Shown: positions 25,601-39,100 of the stretch, piece by piece | Numbering within the stretch: the first letter of the stretch is position 1 | Layout of the letters: every line of letters starts with the position of its first letter | Source of the DNA: Eledone cirrhosa | Taxonomy: Eukaryota | Direction: 5' to 3' | NCBI GenBank assembly: GCA_964016885.1 | Contig: OZ024759.1 | Coordinates: forward strand, 35,898,001-35,962,000 | Length of the DNA: 64,000 nucleotides | Made by a program: the position numbers and the translations under genes | Notes under the pieces: generated by a model | Database searches by the model: none | Seen by the model: the letters and a program-made list of their open reading frames with translations, nothing else | Told to the model about the DNA's origin: nothing

Positions 25601-28600
25601 TTTAACCCTTTCATTACCATATTTCTAATGAAAAACACTGTCTATGTCATTAACCCTTTCATTAGGGGTAGTTTCAGGGGGGTTGCTATAACAGGATAAA
25701 ACAATTCTACCCAGTTTCACTTCCACCACTCCAAAGTTGATTCATGAACAAATTCTTCCAATTGAAATTCCTTATTTTATGATAATTTCTATTATTTTAC
25801 AATTTCCAGATATTTCCGCTGCTTCTTGGAAAGATTGGTCCACATCCCAGCAGTAGCGAACCTTCTGATTCTCCGGTGTTTAACAAAGTGAAGGCTTCTA
25901 TTTCACATATGATGTCTGCTATGGCTGAACATGTTTCTGGCACCGACCATTTAGATCCTCTTTGGACAGTACTCTTGGTATGTTATGGCATTGTTACCTT
26001 TGTAATAACAGGTCTGTTGTGATGGTGGGTGTTGTGTTGTAGTAATAGGTTTGTTGTGATGGGGGGGGGGGGTTGTCACTTCTAAAGGTCTGTTGGGAAA
26101 GTGGATGTTGTGTTGTCATATTTATTAAGGTGTTTCAGTTAAGGCCTTTGATTCACACTTGTAAGCTCATGACTTTGATTCCTAGAGGAAATGAGAAATC
26201 AGTATGAGCGGCCAGTTTGAATAGAAAGATGTGAGAGAATTCTGGCCTGATATGGCCGGTTTAAATGCTAAAGAGTTAAACAACTACACCACCTTTCAAA
26301 ACAGTCCTCTTCCCCTAAATTGCTGGCTTTGTTCCGTTCCAATATTAGAAAGATATATTAATTAAAGATGTGGGTAATCAATGTCTGTTGTTGAACTTTA
26401 TGTTTATTTATTGTTTATTTTGTTATTTCAGTCCTGTATAAAGTTCCGTCAGAAATTATGGAAAGAAAATGTTGACCAGTTCCAACCTGTGTCGTATTTA
26501 CTGGAGCTGTTGTTGGTCTGGTTAGACTTCAAACATGGCTCCCTTGTCAATAACCCAGACTCAGTTGCTGAGGTAAATCAAGTTGTTTGTTTATGTTGTG
26601 TTATAACCCCTTCTAGTAGTCCTACCCTACCCCTACTACATCTCAACCACCCTCTTGTCTGGGACTGACCCTTCCACCCCTCTCCCAACATCACCACCAC
26701 CCTTTCGTCCGAGACAGGCCAACTTCCCACCCTCTCGTCTGAGACTGACCGAATCGGTAGAGAGTCAGACACCCTGCTTTGTGGCATAGAGTTATGACCA
26801 GTAACGCACTAGGGTCGATTTAGTTGATTTTTTCCCTCCCCAAAAATTGTTGACCTTGTGTCTAAATCAGAAACCATTATTAATATTATTGTCGTCGTTT
26901 CTTTATTTTTACTTTGATAGGTCCTTTGTTTGATACTGGCAAATAAACGGACCCTACCGGATGTATTACTCTCAAATGCACTAAATTGTGTCTCAAGTTT
27001 ACTTCAGGGATGTCATGAAAAGATGTCACCAGTATCTGTTGCTCAAGTCATTAATTTAGTAAGTATTTCAGGCCTCTTCATCTTCTCTGTTGTTGTGTGA
27101 GCTTAGATGTCCCTGTTTTGAGAAAGAATACAGTTGATACAGCTTGAACCAGGTGATGTAGCTAAGCAGTATTTGTTCAACTTCTTTACATTTGGAGTTC
27201 AAATCCTGCTGAGGTCAGCTTTGCCTTCCATCCTCTGTGATCTTTCAATTCAGAGAAGTAACAGCTCTACCTGGAGTGACTCTCCAGTGATTCTTTCTTG
27301 AGACATTCTAACCACATGTCCACTCTACCCGATGTGACTCTCTGATCTCTACTTTAACGACAATCGTGATGTATTTTATTTCTTTCATTTTAATCTTTTC
27401 CAGAGTTTCAGCCACAAGTTTCCGTCAAATCAGATTTATCCATTTGCCAAGACTTTGTTTACAGAAACGTATTTTGAAGAGGTCAGTAGTTTCTCTCCTT
27501 TGTTATTACTTCTTTATTATATATGTGTTATTGCTCCAGCCAGAACTATATACACACTTACACTACATATATATATATATACACATATATAAATAAACAC
27601 CAGCAATCATCGAATGCCCTGTGTAACAAAGCATTGAGTGGATAAAACTATTGTATTTTTGTGGTAAAGGCTTTATCTCACATAATATCGAATCTATGAG
27701 ATTTTGATATCATTTATTTTGAGGACAATACCTTAACCCTTTAGCTTTTAAACCGGACATATCTGGCCAGAATTCCAAACTCATTAATATTACATTTGTA
27801 AAAACAAGAAGTGTGTTGGTGCACAGAAGTGACTGGAAGAAGGAAATAAAGGAAGGCGATGTACAAGACAAGTTTACACACACACCTTTACCCTCATCAG
27901 CTCTCAAACCAGCAAAATGGTTTCACACGATTTAATGATAGTAATAGTATATGGTTTCTGTTATATTTCAGTCTGTGTTATCCTCCCTGGTTGACTATAT
28001 TCAGAGTAGAATGGGTGACTCTGTCAACAATGACAAGACAGAGTCTCTTATGTTTGTCACAGAGTTGATATCATCCAAGACTATTTCTATATTTGATGCC
28101 AGTCATCTAAAAGAACACAAATGTTATTTCATGGATTTCCGCATCTCCGACAAACGGTAAATATTTACCTTTACTGATTTCATCTCTATTTTGTTTTCAC
28201 ATAATTAGTTACTCTCAGGTCCCAAATAATAGGTGGGGTTGGAATAAAAGGGGCAGTTGGACATTTGCTTAAATTCTTATAAGCTGGAGGTTTGGAAAAT
28301 CGGTAATTGTAGAGTGTACGTCTGTAAATATGGGGTTTCTTGTAATGTTCTTTCTTTGTCATATATAATGGGGTTTTTTTTAAATGTAAAATAAGATAAT
28401 TATTAGATTCTCCAGCTGCTGTATCAATATGAATCACTTACAATAAAATTTCGCCACAGATAGATTAGTATTGACATACAGCGTTTCTTGGGCATGTTAA
28501 GCCTGGCAGAGCCCCTCCCTCTCCAGGTTTGAATACAGCAGATTTCTTCCAGAGAAGGATAGAATGTGAGAAAGAAATACATAGGAAGAATCAACCCCAG

Positions 28601-29266
28601 TACTAGACTGGTACTTTTTTTTATCACCCTTGGCAGGATTTGAACTAAAAAAGCAGAGAACTGGACTAAATACCCCATCTATCCACTGTTCTAACAACTC
28701 TACCATTCCACTGCCTCGTTTTAATAATGTTTGTCTTTTATCTGTCATATTCCCAACTAAAGATCTGGTTCTAAACAGCGCTACACCTTCCAGCAGTATC
28801 TCTGGGATCTGTTGTCTCCAGATGATCTTCAAGATATGAACCAACTGACTCTCTTGTGGGCTGCCTTTGTTTGCATTCCGAACATTCGGTAAGTTGAACA
28901 CTTAACATTATCACCATCATCACTACCATCATCATCATCACTACCATCATAGCGACCATCAGCATCATCATTACCATCATCATCATCACTACCATCATGA
29001 CCACCATCAGCATCATCACTACCATCATAGCAACCATCAGCATCATCTTCATCAACAAATAAATAATTAGATAGGTTTATATTTTGAAATTGTTATTTAA
29101 ACAACAACAATGTTTACTTCCAGGTGCGTTGATCCTGGTTATAGTCTTCTCCAAGACACAATTGATTGTCTTTGGTGCCAAGTGACAAAATCTGAAGAAA
29201 CTTCACCAATCAAAGGTTATATTATTCATCATTCTTATTGTTGCTCTACCAGTCTACTATATATGT

Positions 29267-29300
<34 letters not shown>

Positions 29301-31933
29301 ATGTATGTATATATATATATATATATATATATTATACTTGGGGAGGGTCATATTGTAATAATATTATTACAACAATATGACCCTCCCCAAGTATAACAAT
29401 ATTTGTTTCGACACATGATTTCATATAAAAAACCTTGCAAAACAAAAATATATATATATGTGTGTATATATATATGTGTGTGTGTATACACATATATATT
29501 AGTGTCATGTTGATGGATACAAACATGAGTACTCAATACCAAAATACAATTTAATAATATTCTTTATTCTGGTTAAGTAATGAGTTTTGTTACTCTGGAA
29601 TTTCACCTGTGAGGTCACAAGTGAAACCCCAGAATAACAAGACTAGTCACTCAGCCAGAATATATCACTTCACACATCATATATATATATATATGTGTGT
29701 GTGTGCATACATATCGGGCTTCCTTATAGTTTCTGTCTACCAAATTCACTCAAGCCATTAGTCAACTCAAGGCTATAATAGAAGACTTAAGGCTAGAATA
29801 GTTCCTTAAGCTGCCACAGTGTAGGACTGAACATGAATCCATGTGGTCCCCAAATAAACCACACAACCATACCTATGTATTATTGTGTAATTCTAATATT
29901 TTCTTTACCTTCTTCAGATTTACAACTGTCCATTCTACGAGAGGCAATTCTCTGTCTCCATTTCAGTAATCAACAGCAGCTCTGGGATTGGATTACATTT
30001 GAGAAAATCAAATCTTTGTTGGAGTAAGTTCTTTCTTCTAGCTTTGACTTCTTTACCTACCCTTAACAATTTCTTGTAAACTATATAGATATAATAATAA
30101 TAATAATAATATTTATACTTATATATGAGTTATATACAATTATAAATATGTATGTGTGTGTTTATCCCAGGTTCAGTCGGAGGTAACCACAGTAAGTAAG
30201 GTACTCAATACATAGCAGAGTATAAATATTTAATATAGAAATGACTTCTACAGGACTAGAACTGTTTAACTTGGGAGAAATCATCAGGAAGCCCTGATGA
30301 TTTCTCCCGAATGAAACAGTTCTAGTCCTGTAGAAGCCATTTCTTTATTAAATATAAATATATATGCGTTTTTGATTGACAATATGACTCTCCCAAAGAA
30401 CATTTTTTTATCATTCTTGTTTTTAATTTCAACCATTTTGATAACCTAATATATGATATGACTCTCTTCTCTTCCTCTTTCCACAGATGTTGTCCCAATT
30501 CTGTGCCAGCTCTGCAGATCGTCGACCTTTATTTCTTCTTAGCCCAGCAATCAGAGAACATGAAAGACATAACAAACGAGGCCACATGTCTTACAATATA
30601 CCCTTTCTTGGAAGAAAATCTCTCACATTACTCTCATACAGTGAGTCACATATATTTCTTGTCTAACCTTATAGAACCTTACATTATTAGTTTATTAAAT
30701 GATAAATTAGCAACCATTGGAACACCAAATAAAATGGGTTGGTATTTATTTATGATCCTCTGGTCCCTGAATTTAAATACTGTCATGATCAGCTTTGCCT
30801 TTTATCCTTACATATTCAATAACTGAAATATCAATCCAGATGTGATGGTTATCTTTACAAATTCAGTAACTACTCTATCATCATCTTCATTGTTTAATGT
30901 CCATCTTCCACGCTAGCATAAGTAAGACAAGCTGTCCCTTTAGCAGAGATCAGGTTAGAGGACCGTGTTTCACTCACTCAGGGCTGATTTGGGCTAGCTT
31001 TCTACAGCTGGATTCAATATTTAAAATATCAATCCAGAGGTGATGGTTCAATGGAATCATTTAAACTGTTGGACATGCTGTAAGTTCCAACTCTGTTCTG
31101 AGTTCAAATCTTACTTCCTGTCACTGGGAAAGCAGAGGCATTTCTACCAAAAGTTACAGCCAGAAGATGGCATATTCCTTCCCAAACAGACAGACTTCTT
31201 GTAGAATGTAATTAGCTGTAATGACCCAGAAGATAAGTGTACTTTTTTTCTTCAGGCTAGCTTTAGTATACCTTTCCCCAAGTAGGCTGGCTATAAAGAC
31301 CCAGAAGATAGTGTACTCTTTTCCAAGCAGGGAAATAATTGGTTGTTAAGACCAACACAAGTGTACTTCTCCCAAGTAGATTGACTTCTCGTGGGAAGTC
31401 ATTGGATGTTAAGACCCTTTCCCAATCAGCCATATACAGTGTGACCACAAAAATACACCAGCTATGTTGTTGTGGGGTGAACGCCATCTTGAATTATACT
31501 GCCATCTAGTGGATCAAGTCAATTCTGCAAATAAGGAAAAACTGTGTTAGTTTATACAACTGTAGCCACCAATATTGTAAGAATATTCATTTAAGTTTTG
31601 ATATTATAAGTATTTGAAATGAAGGAGTGTTTTTGTGGTGACCCTGTACAGGTTTAGTCACCATTTTTAGAGTTAATTCCTATTTTGTTTTGTCTTGTAG
31701 ATACGTCTGCTGACCCTTCAGATTCTGTCTCAGTTTCGATTGACTCTTCCTTTTCTTGAAGACAAGGTAAGTCACCTATATTGAGTTCTACATTTGTTTC
31801 TTGTTGTTAAGACACATACATATACCTCAAAACCCATCCACATGTACACACTCTGATTCTCTCTTGTAAACATACACACATACATGCAGATGCATACAAA
31901 CACACACAGATTCTCACTTGTTAATACATCCAT

Positions 31934-31976
<43 letters not shown>

Positions 31977-34900
31977 AATGTAAACAAACACTTTTGCAGA
32001 TTCTTCTCTACAACCATATAGATACACACACATTCTTCACAATACTCACCAAGACCTTTTCATCAGGGTACCCACTAAAACTCTTTCATTGTGGTACCCA
32101 CCAAAGGCATTCACCCTATTATTTAGGGTGTTGAGTTCCTGTTTATAAGGTTGTGGGTTCAATTCCCAGACCAAGCAGCAGATCATGTCCTTGAACAAGA
32201 CACCTTATTTCACATACTTGTAGTACCACAAGCAACTGTGAGTTAGTCCTGTGATGGACTGGCACCCTCTCCATGGGGAATGAAGACTTATATTTTCAGT
32301 CACTTAGCTCCATTGAAATTGGAATAAATTCTGACATGACAAGTGTTTGAGACAGACTTTGTTTACCTGCATTTACCATTCTGTCTACCTGTATTTTAAC
32401 TTAGTTTATCTGTATTTACCATTCTTTTCACTCTTCACAGAGTCTAAGTCAACCTGGAGTTTTCAGAATTTGTTTGGATGCAGAGAAAATTCCCCCTACA
32501 GTTCACGATTTCAGGGAAACACTGAGACATCTCCAGTACCTTGATGCTAAACTGGTTCACCGCAACATACCTGTAGCAAACCCCCGTTTTGAACAGGTGA
32601 GTTAGAATATTCTTTCCTTTCCTTCTTCAGTCATCATCATCATCATTATTATAATGGTTTCTGAGTTAGGCACAAGGCCAGCAATTTTGAGGGAGGGAAA
32701 AGTCGATTAACGCTTTAGTATTTCAACTGGCCATATCCAGCCAGAATTCTCTCACCTCTTTCTGTTCAAACCGGCTGTAACTGGTTGCTCATATTATGTT
32801 AAGTTATTGTTCTCAAAATAAATAATATCAAAATCTCATAGATCCAATATTATGTGAGATAAAGTGTTTACTATGAAAATACAATAGTAAATATAGAGTA
32901 ATGTAAATGTTAAAAGGTTAATCGGTTTTCCCCTCCCCCCAAATTATTGGCCTTGTGCCTAAATCAGAAACCATTATTATTTTTCATTCCACCATCTGTC
33001 TCTCTGTTCTAATGTTCTCTTATAATTTCCAGGTTCCTCTCCGTTACCTTATTGCTAATTTATTCATAAGTTTCAAACCAATCTGGGACCCTGTCCACAA
33101 GTTGATTGCTTCCCATGCTTTCACAATGACCAAAGATTCTTTCTGGGAAGTCTATGGATGCCAGTTAGACTATTCTGCTTCTGTCTGTGGTAAGTCTTTG
33201 TTTGTTTTTTTACCTTACTCTTTCTAAATTACTCTCTTGCATGTTCCAACCAATGGGCTGAGGCCCATGCTGGGGCACTGCCATTGAATCTAACCTCGGT
33301 GGAATTTGAACTCAGAACATACTTTGATAGAATACTTTGTGGTATTCTCTTCAGCTCTCTGGGTTCAAATCCTGCTGAGGTAAACTTTCCCTTTCATCCA
33401 TTCGAAGTTGAAATCAAAGTACCAGTCAAGTACTGGGGTTGATTCTTCCTCTATATCTCTCACTCACTTTCTCTTCTCTGTGTTCACACCTGGAGAGGGA
33501 TGGGCTCTGCCAGGTTTAGAAATGGCGTATGTTAATGTGGCACCCCTGTAACTTCCTCGGGAGTTACGGGACTATGCATTAAAATCTGTCAAAGATTTTC
33601 CAAGTTATTTACCAGAGAATAAAAAATATCTCAACATTTTGTGTCATTTATAGAGGGAAGTGTACCAACTCCAAGTATTACAACAACGATAGAGATTGAA
33701 GAAAACGAGGAAGAATCTTTCACCCACTTGGATTTACTTCAGCTTTTAATGGAACAAGATGCCAGACCGAAATCAGACTTACTCAAACCAAACATGGAAT
33801 TTTTCCGTGAACATCTGTGGAAAAATATGTTACTTTTCCCACAAGTTTGCGAAGGAAATTCTAAACTTCTCACTCCACTTTTATTCAGATTTGTCAAGTA
33901 AGTTCTTAAAATATGTCTACACTCTGATTCACTTCTTTAATCCTTTTATTATCAACCTGCTCGAAAAACCCTCAAACTCTGTAAACCAAAGCCGTCTATT
34001 TAAACATTTTTCAACATAATTTTATATAAGGACCTTGCATTAACCCTTTAGTTACCAACCCAGCCAAAACCAGCTCTGGTTCTATGATATAAAGTCATCC
34101 ATTTTAAAGGTTTCCAATTTAAATTAAAATCTTCCAACATAATTCTATGTAAGAACCTTACATTAAGTTACTATCTTAGTAGTGAAATAATTAATTATTT
34201 TAGTAAATCCCTTAAAATTCTTCATTAATTAATTGAAACTGTGTATTTCATTAGAAACGTTGTTGTCTTTTACAGAAATGAATATTACCATGTGGACGCT
34301 GAAAGTGCTGCCTTGCAGAATATTCTGTGTAAGAAATGGCGGGAACGTAGAGAGGGAGCTTTGGGTAATGGTGAAAGTGATGAGGAAGAGGGTGGACCAG
34401 AAGATGGAGAGATGGATGAAGAGGTTCAAGATGAAGTTGGTGATGCTGAGGAGGAGGAGGAGGGTGGAGGTAGTGACATTGAGGTGAAGAATGATGATGA
34501 TGATGATGTTGAAGAGGATACTGATGATGATGATGATGTTGAAGAGGATGATGATGATGATGTTGAAGAAGATACTGAGGATGATGATGATGATGATGGC
34601 GGTGATAATGTGGAGGAGGTGGAAGAAATGAATGCTGAAGAGGAATCTGGGAAAACTGATGAAGATGGAGAGGTAGAAGAGGAGGAAGAAGGAGAAGAAG
34701 AAGAAATGGAAGTTGAGGAAGAAACAGAAAAAATAGAAGTAAAGAAGAAGAAGAAGAAAAAGAAGAAAGTAAAGCAGAAACAGGATGAAGATCACAGCAC
34801 TGTCACAGATGATGATGCTACGTCAGTTATTGCTGTTGTACGTAAACAGGAACCAGCAGTGTTAAAGTAAGTTCCATCTCTTGGTTTCTCTTGTCTCAGG

Positions 34901-36129
34901 ATTTGAACTCAGAAAACTGAGAACTGAAGCAAACAGCAGAAGTATTCTAACAAAGTAAAAGAAAATAACTTAAAAATTTAGAAATATTATAATGAAAGAA
35001 TTAATGTAGGAATATAATGAAAGAATTAATGTAGGAATATAATGAAAGAGTTAATGTAGGAATATAATGAAAGAGTTAATGTAGGAATATAATGAAAGAG
35101 TTAATGTAGGAATATAATGAAAGAGTTAATGTAGGAATATAATGAAAGAGTTAATGTAGGAATATAATGAAAGAGTTAATGTAGGAATATAATGAAAGAA
35201 TTAATGTAGGAATATAATGAAAGAGTTAATGTAGGAATATAATGAAAGAATTAATGTAGGAATATAATGAAAGAGTTAATGTCTAAATCTGTTTCTTGTA
35301 TCTTTTTCATCTTCTTTCTTTCACTCCCAGACAAATGTTGAACCATTTTATCTTGTTCTCCAAATTCAAACATGGTGGTTCCCTGTACCAATCTCATCAG
35401 TTGAAGGAACTCTACAATAAGGTAAGACATCACATGTTGGCAGCCCACATCTGTTGGGATCTGTTGAGCTTTCCAACCTTACTCATTTCTACCCTCCCCT
35501 CTCCACATCTGTCATACTTTATCTAGTCACCTCCAGATCACTACCATAATACCTTGCTCTGCCCTCTCCACATCTGTCATACATTATCTAGTCACCTCCA
35601 GATCACTACTATAATACCTTGCTCTGCCCTCTCCACATCTGTCATACATTATCTAGTCACCTCCAGATCACTACCATAATACCTTGCTCTGCCCTCTCCA
35701 CATCTGTCATACTTTATCTAGTCACCTCCAGATCACTACTATAATACCTTGGTCTACACGCCTCACATCTATCATCTGATCTGTTCATCTGTCCTACATC
35801 TAGTCACCTCCAGATCACTACCATTATACCTTGCTCTGCTGTCTACATCTGTCATCTGTTCTATTCATCTGTCCCACATTATCTAGTCACCTCCAATCCT
35901 GCACCATAATACCTTGGTCTACACTCCCTACACCCTATACCCCCTCCCTCCAGTTCTATCCCACAATGCCTTACTCTCCCTTTATTCTGTTCTGTTCTGT
36001 ATTTCCAGTTTCTACAACACCGAGATCTGAAAGTCCAGAAGATGGCCTTTGATTGTCTCATGACATTCCCAAATAAAGACATCAATCCTTACAGGTAACT
36101 TACCTTTCTCATATCTCTCTCTCTCTCTC

Positions 36130-36169
<40 letters not shown>

Positions 36170-39100
36170 CATTTTCACATATAACCTGTTCTATGTGATA
36201 ATTCTACAAATCTGTTTTGTTTCTTTTCCAGGGAGAACTTTGTACATATTTTAGAAAATAAAGGATTTCGAACTGAATTAGCTCGTTTCAACTTGGATTC
36301 CAATTGTTGCATTCTGAAGCAAGAACATCGGACTAAGGTCTTTCAAGTATTGATCAGGTAAGAATTGGTTGTTGTTGTCCAGGTAAAAATAGGTAAAATA
36401 TATATTTATCTAAAAACCTTCCTTTATAGTAAGAACCTTTGTTATGTTATGTTCTAAACACTAGTTTAATAATGAGAAAGTTAGTTTTATTAGTAATTCC
36501 CATCATTTCATGGGGAATGTGGTAATGAAAGGATCAAGATAATCTTTTTCTCAAAATTCTTTCATCACACATTTTTCTGTGACATCTTCAGAGATTATCG
36601 TTGTGTTTCTATAACGTTTTTTTGCTGGTCTCTGTCCGTGCATGTATTCTGTTTGGTGTGTGTTTATGTGTTTATATTCTACTTTTTTTTTTCCGTTATA
36701 TTTGTAAAAGCTGTCACTATTGAATATTTGTTTTGTTTCTATTAAAGAATACTCTGTGGAGTTTTGAAGAACAAGAAAACTCCTGAATCTAAGAAAGGTC
36801 AAGTGTTTACCTTCTTCTGTGGATGTAGTCTTCAAGAAAGAATTACTTTTGTTGAAGTTGTCTTGAAGCCATATTTGGATTTCATGTCTGGTGAGTTTTA
36901 ATACTAATGTTAAGGTATTGTTCTCAAAATAAATAATATCAAAATCTCATAGATTTGGTATCATATGAGAGAAAGCTTTTACTGTGAAAATACGATAGTA
37001 AATATAGAGTAATGTAAATGTTAAAGGGTTAACCCTTTATCATTTAAACCAGCTGTATCGGACCAGAATTCTCTCACCTCTTTCTGTTCAAACTGACCAT
37101 AACTAGCCACTTATATTTATGTTAAAGTATTGTTCTCAAAATAAATAATATCAAGATCTCATAGATTCAATATTATTTGAGATAATTATGTGAGGTAAAG
37201 CCTTTACCATGAAAATATAATAGTATATATAGAGTAATGTAAATGATAAAGGGTTAAGGAATACACCATATATGCAGGATCTAAAGATTCCAACCTCAGA
37301 TGCACCCTAATTTTGGTAAAAACAAATTCTCAGCACTTTCAGATTACTTTAACTCTTTCATTACGATATTTCTAATAAAATTGTGTAAAGATGTGTGGCT
37401 CTGAATGTTAAATAATGATGATACAATATAATAAATGATTAAATGGCTAATTGTAATTACTGAATTAATAAATTTGAATAATTTGTTGTTAATTTTGCAG
37501 GCTATTCATCGTTTGAACACCTGAAAAATTCCATTGATTTGACCAGAGTGTTCCCCCCGTCACTTCTTCAAAGGTAAAACTCATTTTTTTTTTTTATTCT
37601 TCATTGTCGTAACAAACCTTTCTCTTTTTGAAAGGTAGTTGTCCCAACACATGTGACCATAATAATATTCAACCATAATAAATAATAGTTTTAAAAAATC
37701 AGGTAAAGTACAACTAGGGACAAATAAAAAAACTAGATGCACCAGCAAAGAATTACAGAAATGTTTTATTATTAAAAAATGCAACTGTCTTTTGTGGTTA
37801 TGTAAATGAGAAAGGCAGGGGGCTCTAGGGTCTTTTGTGGTTATGTAAATGGGCGGGCTGTGGTGGGGTCGGGCCTAGGGTGCAGTGGTTTGGGGCTGCA
37901 CCCAGCAGACAAGACTACAAAAGCATTTCCACAGACAATGGCCAGCGACACCCACTCCACCTTGCAGGGCTCCTTCTTCAGACAGGTTGTTGATGTTCCA
38001 ATCTTGCAGAGGAGTTCAGTAGTACGGGGTTCAAATACACCTGAGGAATTCAACCTCCATATCTCCTAAATGCCAGGTATAAGTTGCTAACAAGTTTCTG
38101 ATCACTGATTGCTGTTTATTTTTATCGTTTCTCTCACAGTTTCTCCAATGTGATTTGGTTAATTCTGAGGAAGTTGGGACATTATCTACAGACTTACCTG
38201 AAGGACATGCTCCATGTTATCGTAGGAATGGTTGCCACAGTCAATGCATGTCTGAAGAACAAAAGGAAGATATACCAGAGAGTTATTAAATCTTTATTAC
38301 AGGCTTCCAGGCCGTGTCATCTACGATTATACCAGGTAAATTACTTCTCCTTTCTCTCTCTCTCTTTTTTTTGCTTCCTTTTAGTAAATCCTTCAGAATT
38401 CTTCATTAATTATTGAAATAGATGATATTAAAATGGTATTTAACCATTTTAATACCAAACCATTGCTGGTTCTATGCTACAAAACATAGTTTGTTTTAAA
38501 GTGTTCATATTTATCTAAAGATCTACCATCATAAGAACATTTATTAAGTTATGTTCCAATAATGAGGAAGTTAGTTATTTTATTAAATCTTTACAAATAA
38601 AATGATTTGAAAGCCATAGACAGTGTCTTTCATTAGAAATATGGTAATGAAAGGGTTAGAAGGGTTAATGACATAGGTAGTGTCTTTCATTAGAAATATG
38701 GTAATGAAAAGATAAATCGTCTGAAAAAATGTTAATTAGATATTTAGATACAGGTAACAAGTTTAAAACTACAGTTCAGGGGGTCAAATCCTACCTAAAT
38801 TCTATAGACATAAATATTAGGATTGTTTTGTCATTCTTCAAATTTTATATTTTTCTCCTTTTAATTGCAGTTTTTTACAGTATTTGAGACATATTCTTAC
38901 ACACCTGAAGACATTGATTCCGTATTTGATGTGGTCGTTTGGCCAAAGGTGAGTGAACTGACAGTTAACTTATTTTATGGGTCTTTTATATACAAGGGGT
39001 GGCTGACTATGAAAAGACTGATGCTAGAGCTGTGAAATCTTGCATGCATTAATTTCAACTCTTCTTATTAATAACTGCATTGTTTCTTTCCAAGGACTAT

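Noticed and set aside
34229-34795. Hydrophobic antisense ORF (also the Ser-rich 60847..61350)
   Set aside because: Antisense shadows of the acidic UTP20 exons.
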